From the human T2T-CHM13v2.0 reference genome, Homo sapiens, in assembly GCF_009914755.1 (NCBI RefSeq), contig NC_060947.1: DNA of 64,000 bases; one strand, given 5' to 3'. Below, in pieces: positions 47,346 to 59,249 of this stretch. Each line of letters opens with the position of its first letter. The first letter of the stretch is position 1. The position numbers were made by a program, and so were the translations under genes. Under the pieces are notes generated by a model, which was not told the DNA's origin, searched no databases, and worked only from the letters and a program-made list of their open reading frames with translations.

Positions 47346-49846
47346 CAAACCTTTATTTCTGAAGGGTCTGAGCCATTCATAGTCCTGCTTGAATTGGGTT
47401 GTTGTAATTTCCCATTGACCTTAATCACAGGACATACTAAGAGTTGCCCTAAGGGATCTACTGTTTTCCAAACATACTCTCCCTTACTTCTCTTCTGGAG
47501 TAGTAGTCCAATCTTATTCTTGGTAGTTTGAATTAATCACTACAGCCAACACCATTACTCCCCTGTAAGCCTGTTGATTTAGATTCATGAGGAGCCCAAA
47601 GTGGCCAGGTGGCAGTTTTAACTTCCAGTTTGGTAGAATTACTGTTGTCTCCCATGGTGGAGGCATTCCTTCCTCTGAAACAAAGACCTCTGTGCTAGCA
47701 GAGCATAAAGTCACAGAAATAATACACAATTTTTTTTTCTAGTGGGTTACTAGGATGAATGATGGTGGTGCCATTCTATTTCCACTCCTTGATTCCTGGA
47801 CCTGTGAATTCTGGCAATTGGGGGAAATAGTACCATATAGTGAACTTTTATTCAGAACATGTAAAGCCTTCTAGAAGACCTTGCCCAGTCCTGCAAAATA
47901 TTGCCACCTATCTGGTGCTGTAACTGTGCCTTCAAAAGGCCATTTTATAGTCTTATCAAGACAACTGCTTCAGGATGATGGGGAGCATGGTAAATCCAGT
48001 GCATTTTATGAATATAAGTCAATTACCACACTTCTTTGTGAAGTGAATTACTTTTAAGAAGCAATGCTGTGTGGAATACTATAATGATGGATAAGGCATT
48101 CTGTAAGTCCACAAGTGGTAGTTTTGTCAAAGCATTGAATGAGGGAAGGTAAATTTATATCCAAATTAAGTGTCTATTCCAGTAAGGACAAAACATTGTC
48201 TCTTCCATGATGAAAGTTGTCCAATGTAATCAACCTGCCACCAGGTAGCTGGCTTAATACTCTGGGCAATGGTGCTACACTGGGGGCTCAGTGTTGGTCT
48301 CTGCTGCAGATAGATTGGACACTAGGTGATGACCATAGCCAGGTCAGCCCTGATGATTTTAACTCTATATTGTTGGGCCCAGGCATAACCTCCATCTCAG
48401 CTAACATGCTGACTTTGTTCATAAGCCCATTGGACAATGGCAGTTGGTTAAAGAAAAAGGCTGATTGGATTTCACAGAATAGGTCATTCTATCAATTTGA
48501 TTATTCAGTTCTTCCTCTGCTGAGGTCACCTTTTGGTGAGCATTTACATGGGACACAATTACCTTTAAGTTCTTTGCCCACTCGGAAAGGTCTACCTTTT
48601 CCCAAAATTTCTTTGTCACCAATTTTCCATTCGTATTTCTTCCAAGTCCCTGATCATTCAACCAGACTATCTGAGTTCCCCTTTCAGCAGAAGATGGATG
48701 TGCTCACTGCCTCCTGAAGCATTTAGAATAACTAATGCTTTGCCAGATATTTGGGGAATCTTTAATTCAGTCAATTTAACACCGAAAATCAACTACTATT
48801 GTATTTGTTGATTCGTTTCTCATTCAAGTTATGAATGCTCTGGTTCTAAGTAAAATAAATGTTTTTTAATTGTAGTATGGACATTTGAGATCTTATATTA
48901 GGGGATTCTGGATCTTATTTAAATGTCCTATTTTGGCAGGCAATTATCCTGTTCAAGTTTAGACCAAAGGTCTTCGTTCACTTTTGTAAGCTGTTATTCC
49001 AAAGGCACTTTCTTTTTCAGAGCCCTTGAGGTAATATTTAAATCTGCTTCATAAACGTGCTACTCAAAGTCCATGGAAATTATGGATGGAATCTTACATT
49101 GTAGTTTGGTTTTCAACCTTTTGGCGTGTTAAATCTAGTCAGTTTCACTTTTTTTTTTTTTTTTAATGTTTGTCCAGAACTTCCGATGCTGGTTATTTGA
49201 TAATAATGTCTGGTATTTGCTTCAAAATAAAAGGGTGGCCATTATATGAGAAATAAAATTGACCAGGAACTGATAATTGTTGAGGATGAAGAATAAATAT
49301 GTTGATGTCTATAAGAGTATCCCAATTTTGTATATGTTTGACATTTCCATATGAAAATGTTAAAAAGGTAATTATATTGAAATTGTCTTAATAGTTAAAT
49401 AGTCTATTTGTTTAAATTACAGAATAATACAGGGTTACATATTAAGAATGTTTAATTATTGATTCTCCTAAAATTAGTTTTCTAGAATTAAAATTTCCTT
49501 TGGATAACAAAAATAACAATTAACTTCTATCATCTTACAAAATACAATTGTTTAACATCTTCATAGATATTTCTTAACATTTACGTAGAAACTTGAACTA
49601 GAAAATATATGAATTTGAATAAACAACTTATAATAAAGAATTTGAGCATATAATACTATCTTATATACAGTAGATTATCATTTATTTCAAATATTTGCTA
49701 GGATTACTGTTCCAAATATCATCCACATATAGATAAAATGTACTTTTCACCAGTAATAAATAAGGCACATCTATTTGTTCTGTCACATTAAGGAATTAAT
49801 ATGTTCTCATTAATAATGTAATAACAAAATTCGTGATATTTGCATA

Positions 49847-50340
49847 TGGTAGACTGATAGCAAAAATTTCCCATACATTCCTCTATCCATGTCTTTTGAA
49901 ATTTGACTTTGCAGTTTTCCCTGTCAAGGGATGTAGTCTATCTCCCCGAGCCTTGCATATCAACTGGCCTTGTGACTTATTTGCAGAACAGAATGCAATA
50001 GAAGGAACTTGGGTAAATTCTAAACCTAGGACTCAACAGTCGTTCCCTGTTCCCTCTATCTTGAAACTCTGCCACCCTGAGGACAAGCCCAGGCTAGCCT
50101 GCTGGAGGGTGATTGATTATATAAAGGAAACTCAGTATAGCAGAGCCGACATCCTGAAGACTTCTGTGGGAGCAGATGCCTAGCTGAAGCACAGCTGACA
50201 AGAGAGTCATGAAAAAGCCAAAAGGATCACCTGCTAAGTCCATTTTAAAATCATGATCTACAGAAAGGTGAGTTAAATAAATTGTTAATTTTGGCTATTG
50301 AGTGTAGAAGTAGTTGTTGTGCAATGATGTTTAACTGATG
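49847..50340 (+). mobile_element. MLT1 (G/H-like) LTR
   Basis: TGGTAGACTG...TGACTTTGCAG...GGCCTTGTGACTT...GGACAAGCCCAGGCTAGCCTGCTGGAG. Confidence 0.65.
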
Positions 50341-50567
50341 AAATATCCAAAAATTATAAAGGCTTAAGAATTTCTCTAAAATTTACTTCTTATATTTGAT
50401 TACTCAAAGCCATGAATGTTAATAAAACCTTTAATACTAATACAAGTAATTGTTTATATTTTTCAAACTTAACCATATTTTGGTGAGCGTCTACAAAATA
50501 AAATATATATAAAATTACTACCAAAATGAAAGAAAAAGAAAGAGGTACGAAAAGAGAAAAAAATTAT

Positions 50568-51032
50568 TAATTTCTTTTGACTACTCAAGTAAATTACCAT
50601 ACACTTAGCAGCTTAAAACCACACAGTCTCACCAGCCTAACATCAAGATACTAGCAAGGCTGTGTACCTTGCCAGCTGCCAGCCAGGGGTTGTTCTCAAC
50701 TTATACAGGCCACCCACATTCCTTGAATAATGGACCCCTTCATCTTCAAAGTCTGCAGTGGTGTATAGAATTCTTCTTATGCTTCATCTCTCCTGACTTC
50801 CTGTATTAACTCTCATTCCTCAACCAGAAGGGTTTTCCATTTTTAAGGACCCTTGTGATTACATTAGCCCACTGAAATATTCTAATACCCCATCTCAAAC
50901 TTCTTAACCTAATCACTTTGTGAGATCATGTTTTGCTATGTAAGGTAACATATTCACACATTTCAGGACTACAAGAATGTGTAGTACACATTCAAGAACA
51001 TCTTGAGGGCAGGCATTATTTTGCTTACCACA
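50568..51032 (-). mobile_element. MLT1 (D/E-like) LTR, followed by a MIR fragment at ~51045-51235
   Basis: AAATTACCATACACTTAGCAGCTTAAAAC...TAAGGTAACATATTCACA...GGCATTATTTTGCTTACCACA; MIR core CTATTATCTGTACTTTTAAAGAGGATGAAAATTAG. Confidence 0.65.
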
Positions 51033-51912
51033 GAACCTAAATTAATATTTATTAAGCATCAACTTTGTACAGGGCATTGTGCCACATGTGTTCATCCATT
51101 ATCTCTTATACATTTTACAACAAACTTGCGAAGTAGATACTATTATCTGTACTTTTAAAGAGGATGAAAATTAGATCTATTAAAGTAAGCAACTTGTCTA
51201 AGTTCACAAAGTTACTATCAAGTCATGGTTTGGATTAGTTAAGTTTCTGTGAATTTGAAGCTATACAGCACTCTTTCAAAAAAGCAAAAGGAACAAATAT
51301 TGATTATTAGATAAAATAACAAAAGGTAGAGAAAACGAGAGTCAAAAATAAAAGAGAGAGTAAATAGAGAAGAAAGCAAAGTGGGTAAATCTGTTTGGGT
51401 ATTTATATAGTCCGAAAGCAGGATAGTTCTGATAGGTGAGAGGTGGAAAAGCCTGATTAGTGTAGATGAATCCCCTTGAGAGCAATATTCATGCACAATA
51501 ATTTCTTCACTGCAGTGATTTTTGTTTATTTTATTGCAAATATATTTTTTCTTACTATTTTTATTCTTCAATGCAAGCCTCTAATTTTGAAAGAAGTGCT
51601 TTTCTTCAGCAACAAAGGTAGTAGAGGAGTGATTTCCTTACTTTTTCAACAAATTTTATAAGGTTACACTGTCGTGAAGCACAAGTTAATAAAGCCTAAG
51701 GACACACTGTTGCATTTCTTTTAAAATAATGGAAAATTATTAAATTTTTTAAGGCACATTTTGTTTGAATGTCTTGTGTTAGTTAGATAACTGTACATCA
51801 CTAAAGTAGAACAGTACTTTTAAGAAGCAATTTCTGTTTAGGAGTAGAAGTTGAAAGTGGTATATTAATCTGATGAGCTTAAGCAGCAAAATAGACCTCA
51901 TACATAAGAATA

Positions 51913-53475
51913 TGAGCTGATTTACTGTAAGGGACATGACTAATCCAGGGTCCATCTGTAGGGCTTCCACTGGTGCTGAATACACTAGTCAGGCCTTCAT
52001 TGCTGCTTTCCCCAGTGCTTGGACCCTTGAGGGCTTGCCAGGCATCTGACATTGTGATTGGACAATAATCTTCATTTGATTCAATTTTCCTTCCCTTTTG
52101 GTCAACTGTGCTAACACCACAGCAGCCTCCATGAGAGAGACAAATTAGCCAGTCACATTGACATATGCCAGCATAATTGGGATGCCAAAAGCAATACTAA
52201 CTGCAGTAATAACTGAGGATGCAATCACTGACAAAGTCATTCCTCCTGTGATAGCCAAATTTCTCTTGTGTTGGAGGTTTGCTTTCCTTTATCCGTGCAG
52301 TGAATCTTCCTGTCAACATAAACAGGAATGCTGATGACCATTTCAGGAATAGCAATGGTAGCAATGAAAGATATCCCCACTGGAGCTCCAATTAATGCGC
52401 ACAGCTGCCAAGTAATTTTCTTACAGCTTCTTGCCCCAGAATCTGAAGCCAGAGGGTTTTTGAAAATATGGCAGAAATCTTTATTAAAATGTTTCCTTCA
52501 GTAATATGTTACCACATACATAATATACACACATACCTATGTACATTCTTAGACATACCTCAAAGATTGCTACCATTAGTTTAACCAATAAATTAAAACT
52601 AAAAAAAAAATAGGAAGGGGAGAAAGGAGAGGGAATCAGGGCAAAATTTTGATGTTTTATCTAGTAAGAAATTGCAAATATCTCAGAATTTCTCTGAAGG
52701 AAACCTATAACCAGAGAATCTTTAAGATAAAATACATAAATTTTCACTCATCTCACCGAAAAAAAAAAAAAAAAAGATTTGAAAGTTGCAGTCACAACAA
52801 TTGTGCTTCTCAGAACATTTATTCAATTTCAAATTCTGGCTTCGGCACCTTTTGTCTTTAAGACAGACTGCCCCTCGGCTGGGGCAGAGAAGTTCATATG
52901 GACACCTGGGCCCAGTGCACCCTTGGGCTCTAGAGGTCAAGGGGGAAATCTGCAATATGATAGTAAGGGAGGTCATAGTCATCTGAAGTGATGTCTAGCA
53001 CATCATCTCACTGCATATCATCACTCTCCAGACCACTGTGGATCATCTTGGGTTAGGCCAAGCTGATGTATGAAAGTTTGATGACCAGATAGTCTTTCTG
53101 TTCACAGCTTTGGTGTTTGTAGAAAAGTCCTCTTCACTGCCTCCATCTCCACCACTACTGCTATATTCTTCATTCTCTGTCATCTGAGCATGAATGTGGA
53201 ATGAATCCTTTACGCTTCTTTCACTCACCAGCTGACAGTAGCTTGGTTTGGCATCACTCAGATTTCCATATTGTTGCATTCCATGTCCTGATTATGAAAA
53301 TAGTCATAGCAAGAGTGCTTGGGCTCTCACTGATTCCATCAAGGTTGATTGTGTCTTTGAAAACAATTTCATTTTGGATATTGACTTGGACTTCTATCCT
53401 GCTGCATTTTCCCTAGATACTGTAAAGAATCTCACCATTTAGTATGCTCCATGGGAGAGCTGTGAAGCTGGTTGT
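51913..53475 (-). pseudogene. RNF19B: RNF19B (NKLAM/IBRDC3, RBR E3 ligase) processed pseudogene, partial and circularly permuted; likely RNF19BPX or its Y paralogue RNF19BPY
   Basis: Minus-strand translation gives [101 protein letters not shown] and HMNFSAPAEGQSVLKTKGAEARI* (stop 52829-52831); all correspond to RNF19B as recalled; intronless, 3'UTR with AATAAA at 52480-52485, many frameshifts and stops. Confidence 0.92.
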
Positions 53476-53489
53476 ATAATAAAAAATAA

Positions 53490-55604
53490 TGATATTATGT
53501 AATGATAAAGGAATCAACTCATCAAAAGAATATAACAATTGTAAATATATGTGCACTCCAACTTTGGAACACCTAAATATATAAAGTAAATATTAATAAA
53601 CATGAAGAGAGAGATAGACTATAATACAGTAATAACAGGGAATATCAATACCCCATTTTCAACAAGGGACAGATCACAGACAGAAATCAATAAGGAAACA
53701 ACGGACTTGAACTATACTTTAGGTCAAATGGACCTAAAAGACATATACAAAACCTTCCATCCGATAGCAGCAGAATACATATTTTTCTAAAGCACACATG
53801 GAACATTCTTCAGGATAGGTCATATGTGAGGGCTCAAAACAAGTCTTCATAGGTTTAAGAAGATTGAAATTGTATCAAGTATATTTTCCCATGACAATGG
53901 TATAAAACTAGAAATCAATAATAGGAGAAATATCAGAAATTCCCAAATAAGTGGAAATTAAACTACATTCTTCTAAGTAACCAATGAATCTAAAAACAAA
54001 TTAAAAGGGAAACTAAATAATATATTCAGACAAGTGGAAATGGAAACACAACGTACCAAAATATGCAGGACTCAGCCAAAGCAGTTCTAAGAAGGAAGTT
54101 TATAACAATAAATGCCTACTTCAAAGAAAAAAAAAAGATCCCAAATAAACCACCTTATGTTAGACATCAAGAAACTAGAAAAAGAAGACCCAACCAAGTG
54201 CAAATTTAGTTAAAGGAAGAAAATAATATAGCTCAGAACAGAAATGAATGACATAGAGACTAGAGCCTTAATAGGAAAAATCAATAAAACTGAGTTGGGT
54301 TATGAAAAGATAAACAAAATTGACAAACATTTAAATGGATTAACTAGGAAAAAAGGAAAAAGAATATAAATAAAATTAGAAATGAAATAGATGACATTAC
54401 AACGGATATGCCACAGAAATACAAAGGAGCATAAGATACTATGAATAATTATACACCAACAAATATGATAATCTAGAAGAAATAGATAAGTAACTATAAA
54501 CATAAAACTTACCAAGGGTAAATCACGAAGAAATAGAAAATCTGAACAGATCAGGAATGAGTAAGGAGATGAATTAGTAATAAAAATTTTCCTGTCAAAC
54601 AAAAGTACAGGATTAGATGTATTTACTGGTAAATACTACCAAACATTTAAATAAGACTTATTGCCAATCATTCTCAAACTTTTCCAAAAAAAATGAAAAG
54701 TAGGACACACTTCCAAACTTATTTTATGAGGCCAGAATTACTCTATAACAAAAGTCAGACAAGAAGAGAACAATAAGGAATTAAGAAGAGAAACTAAAAG
54801 AAAAGAAAATTACAAGCCAGTAATTCAGATGCAATAATTCTCAACTAAACACTGAAGAACTAAATTCAACAGCACATTAAAAGGATAATACATCACACTG
54901 AAGTGGGATTTATTCCTGAAATACAAGGATGGTTCAACAAAAACAAATCCATAAATGTGATGTACCACATTAACAGAATGAGGGACAAAAAACATAATCA
55001 TTTCAATAGATGCAGAAAAAAAAATCAGAGAAAATTCAACATCCCTTCATGATAAAAACCCTTAATGATTTAGGTGCAGAAGGAATATACATCAATAAGG
55101 GACATATATGAAAAGCACACAAGCTCACATCAGACTCAATGGTGAAAAATTGCAAGTTTTCTAAGATCAGGAAAAAGACAAGGATTCCCCCTCTTGTGAT
55201 AAGTATTCAACATTGTGCTGGTAGTCTTAGAATAATCCAGAGAGAAATAAATGAAATTCAAATTGGAAAAGAAGATGTTATGATCTTATATCTAGAAAAC
55301 CCTAGCCACTCACCAAAAAGCTGTTAGACGTAATAAACAAATTCAGCAAAGTTGCAGGAAACAAAATCACCATACAGAAATCAGTAACATTTATTCCCTC
55401 AAAACAAACTATATGAAAAAAAGTCAAGAAAGCAATTCCATTTACACTAGCAAAAAGTAATAAAATAAAATATGTAAAAATAAATTTAACAAATAAAGTG
55501 AAAGTGCCATACACTGAAAACTATAAAACATTGATGAAAGAAATTAAAGAAGACACAAATGAATGGAAATATATAGGATGTTCACAGATTAGAAGAACTG
55601 ATAT
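53490..55604 (+). mobile_element. L1MA-type ORF2 fragment (endonuclease to RT)
   Basis: ORF 53602..53790 (EIDYNTVITGNINTPFST); TTTCAATAGATGCAGAAAAA motif. Confidence 0.85.
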
Positions 55605-56321
55605 TTGGGGCTTTGCTCCAGATTAGGCTTTGGCTTAAGTGAATGTTATGCCTAGTTTGATCTTCTGTCAGACCAATCAAACTTTCTCCATATAAGCAAT
55701 AAGGCTGTTTTGCTTCCTTATCATTTGTATGTTCACTGGAGTAGCACTTTTAATTTCCCTCAATAACTTTTCCTTTGCATTCTCAACTTGGCTGACTGTT
55801 TGGCTTAAGAGACCCAGCTTTTGACATCCCTTCCTCACGAACTTAGCTTTTGATTTAAAGTGAGATATGTGCAAATCTTCCTTTAACTTGAACACTGAGT
55901 CATCATTGTAGGGTTATTAATTGGACTAATTTCAATATTGTGGTGTCTCAGGGATTGGGGAGGCCTTAGGAGAAGAAGAAACACAGGGTAACAGCCAGTA
56001 AGTGGAGCAGTCAAAACACACATTTATAGATTAAGTTTGCCATCCTATATGAGTGTGGTTTGTGGTGCCCCAAAACAGTTACAATAGTAACACCAAAGAT
56101 CACTGATCACAGATCACCATAACAGATAGAGTAATAATTTAGAAGTTTGAAATACTGTGATAATGTACAGAATGTGATAGATAAAAAGTGAGATCATACT
56201 GTTGGAAAAATGGTGCCAACAGACTTACTCAACACAGGGTTGCAACAAACCTTTATTTTCTAAAAAGCACAGTATCTGAAAAGTTCAATAAAGTAAAGCA
56301 CAATAAAATGAGATATGTTTG
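55605..56321 (-). mobile_element. Tigger1 DNA transposon 5' fragment (TIR and transposase N-terminus)
   Basis: ORF 55677..55895 ([43 protein letters not shown]) is Tigger1/TIGD1-like; minus end CAAACATATCTCATTTTATTGTGCTTTAC with flanking TA. Confidence 0.88.
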
Positions 56322-56377
56322 TATTCAAAGAAATAATGCCTAAAAATTCCCAAATTTGGTGAAAGAGATAAACCTAC

Positions 56378-57329
56378 TGTGGGGAAAAGAAAGAGAGATC
56401 AGGCTGCTTCTGTGTCTATGTAGAAAGAAGTAGACATAAGAGACTCCATTTCGTTCTGTACTAAGAAAAATTCTTCTGCCTTGAGATGCTGTTAATCTGT
56501 AACCCTACCCCCAACCCTGTGCTCGCAGAGACATGTGCTGTATTGACTCAAGGTTTGATGGATTTAGGGCTATGCAGGATGTGCTTTGTTAAACAAGTGC
56601 TTGAAGTCAGCATGCTTGTTAAAAGTCATCATCACTCTCTAATCTCAAGTACCCAGGGACACAATACCCTGCAGAAGGCTGCAGGGACCTCTGCCTAGGA
56701 AAGCCAGGTATTGTCCAAGGTTTCTCCCCATGTGATAGTCTGAGATATGGCCTCCTGGGAAGGGAAAGGCCTGACCATCCCCCAGCCTGACACCTGTAAA
56801 GGGTCTGTGCTGAGGAGGATTAGTAAAAGAGGAAGGGCTCTTTGCAGTTGAGATAAGAGGAAGGCATCTGTCTCCTGCTCATCCCTGGGCAATGGAATGT
56901 CTCAGTGTAAAACCCGATTGTATGTTCCATCTACTGAGATAGGAGAAAACCGCCTTAAGGCTGGAGGTGAGACATGCTGGCGGTAATACTGCTCTTTAAT
57001 GCATCAAGATGTTTATGTATGTGCACATCAAAGCACAGCACCTTTTTCTTAAGACATTTGTTCACATGTTTTCCTGCTGACCCTCTCCCCATTATTACCC
57101 TATTGTCCTGCCACATCCCCCTCTCCGAGATGGTAGAGATAATGATCAATAAATACTGAGGGAACTCAGAGATCCGGTGTAAGCGTGGGTCCTCCGTATG
57201 CTGAGCGCGGGTCCCCTGGGCCCACATTTCTTTCTCTATACTTTGTCTCTGTGTCTCTTTCTTTTCTCAGTCTCTGGTCCCACCAGATGAGAAACACCCA
57301 CAGGTATGGAGGGGCAGGCCACCCCTTCA
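56378..57329 (+). mobile_element. HERV-K (HML-2) LTR5B-like solo LTR
   Basis: TGTGGGGAAAAGAAAGAGAGATCAG...GGGGCAGGCCACCCCTTCA, 952 bp; TSD CCTAC at 56373-56377 and 57330-57334. Confidence 0.93.
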
Positions 57330-57714
57330 CCTACATATTCAGTAATCTGAGCAAACCCCAAACAAAAATTCCAGCCAAGACTCATCCTACTTAAACACCT
57401 GAAAGCTAAAGGCAAAAAAAAAGTATTGAAAGCATCCAAAGAGAAATATTTTCTTTTCAGGATTTGTGTTAGGTAAAATATTAAGGACAGATTAGGACAG
57501 AAATAGGTAAGAGAAAAATGAGAAATAAGTGAACATAGAAAGAGAAGAGAACAGCATTACTAAGATTTCAAAGTTCAAACAGTACTTCAGATACTAGAAA
57601 TTTACAATAGTTCAGGAAAAAAAAAGGATCAAATACTTAGGGAAACCATTAACACATGGTCAAACCAAACCATAAAGACTAATATATTTGAATAAATAAG
57701 ATTAAGTACTTTGA

Positions 57715-58669
57715 CCCTAATAGCTCCAGCAATCTTGGGCAAGAAGAATAAAGCTAGCGGCATTATACTTCTTAATTTTAAATTATATTACAAAGCTATA
57801 GTGAGCCTAACAGCATAATTTTGACATAAAAAAACAGATACATAGACCAACAGAACATAATAGAAGGACCAGAAATAAACCCACACATATACAGTCAACT
57901 AATCCTCAATGAAGGTGCCAAAAATACACAATGGAAAAAGGATAGAAGTTTCAGTAAGTGGTGTTAAGAAAATGACATCCACATGCAGAACAATGAAATT
58001 GAATTATTATCTCACACCATACACAAAAATCAACTCAAAATAGATTATAGACTAAACTTTAAGACCTGAAACTAAATCTCCTAAAAGAAAACACAAGGGA
58101 AAAGTTTCATGACATTAATCCTGGCAATGATCTTTTGGATATCACACCAAAAGCAAAGGCAACAAAAGCAAAAATAATCGAATGTGACTATATATGCACA
58201 GGAAAGGAAACTGTTAACAAAATGAAAAGGCAACCTACAGAATAGAAGAAATATTTACAAATTATGTATCTGATAAGAGGTTAAAATTCAAAACATGTAA
58301 GAAGCTGTTACGACTGAATAGCAAACAAGAAATAACCTGATTTTGAAAAATAACCATAGAATCTAAATAGATATTTCTCCAAGAAAGACATACAAATTGT
58401 CAACAGTATCTGAAAAATTGATCAAACACCATTAATCATTAGAAAATGTAAATGAAAAATATAATGAGATATCACCACATACCTATTAGGAAGACTATTA
58501 TCAAAAAGTCAAAAGATAGCAAGTGTTGAAGAGGATGTGAAGGAAAGGGAAACTTTATGTATTGTTGGTGAGATTGTACATTAGTATAGCCATTATGGAA
58601 AATGGCATAGAAGTTTCTCCAAAAATTAAAAATAGAACTCTCATATGATCCAGCAATCACGCTTCTGGG
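57715..58669 (+). mobile_element. L1MA-type ORF2 3' fragment (target of the ERV insertion)
   Basis: ACACCATACACAAAAATCAACTCAAAATAGATT...CATATGATCCAGCAATCACGCTTCTGGG. Confidence 0.85.
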
Positions 58670-59123
58670 TGTTAGGTTTTGAAGGGAAGGTGAGGGTTAA
58701 AGAAAGACACACACACAGAAAGAGGGTGGCTCGGCAGCAAATGCAGTCTTTAAGTTCAGCATAAAACCTACAGAAGTGGGGGACCAGCCTAATGACAGTG
58801 CCCACCGCTGGGGTAATTTCTAGGTATGGGCAGGAGGGGTCTGGGCAGTATGGCTTGCTGCCCGGCAGGATACTGATAAGATGTTCCCATGATGAGGTGG
58901 TTCTGGCCCTTGTACCGGCAGAATGTGGTGCTCCTCCTTGTACTTTCTCCCAGCAGAATATGATAAGAGGCAGGCTGTTTCTTCATTTGGGCCTTTGTCC
59001 ACCTTTTGGTCAGGTGGTTAGGCAGGTTGTTTCTCACGGCCCGAACCCCAGTGAGATGTTTCACTTTGACTGAGGCCTGCTAAATAATGGGGAGCTTATA
59101 AAATGGTGCAGTTTGGACTAACA
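58670..59123 (-). mobile_element. 3' LTR of a class I (ERV1) provirus, tentatively MER83-like
   Basis: Minus strand TGTTAGTCCAAACTGCACCATTTTATAAGC...CTTCAAAACCTAACA with TGTTAG/CTAACA inverted termini; purine-rich PPT just upstream. Confidence 0.75.
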
Positions 59124-59249
59124 TTCTTGCCTTTTACTTTAATATAAAAGAAAGTGGGGCATTTTTGGTTATCTGGCTGTTTCCTGCTGAATAACGGCAC
59201 TGTAATCAGGGTTTGGGTTTTGAAGTAGTGGATGTCTGACTTCAGAGTT

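Larger units (their letters stand above)
45212..48800 (-). mobile_element. Internally deleted ERV-L provirus: MLT2-family 3' LTR (45212-45983), pol remnants (RNase H, integrase, dUTPase), partial 5' LTR (~48660-48800)
   Basis: ORF 47514..47729 (NWKLKLPPGHFGLL...VINSNYQE) is ERV-L dUTPase; ORF 48419..48661 (LSEWAK..VSHVNAHQKVTSAEEELNNQIDRMT) is RNase H; 48661-48800 resembles 45850-45983. Confidence 0.85.

Noticed and set aside
48217-48717. 166-aa plus-strand ORF
   Set aside because: Antisense to ERV-L pol, no recognisable domain and a non-ATG start.
52759-52775. A17 run as the poly-A tail of a plus-strand retrocopy
   Set aside because: It corresponds to a U-tract inside the RNF19B 3'UTR on the minus strand; homology continues on both sides.
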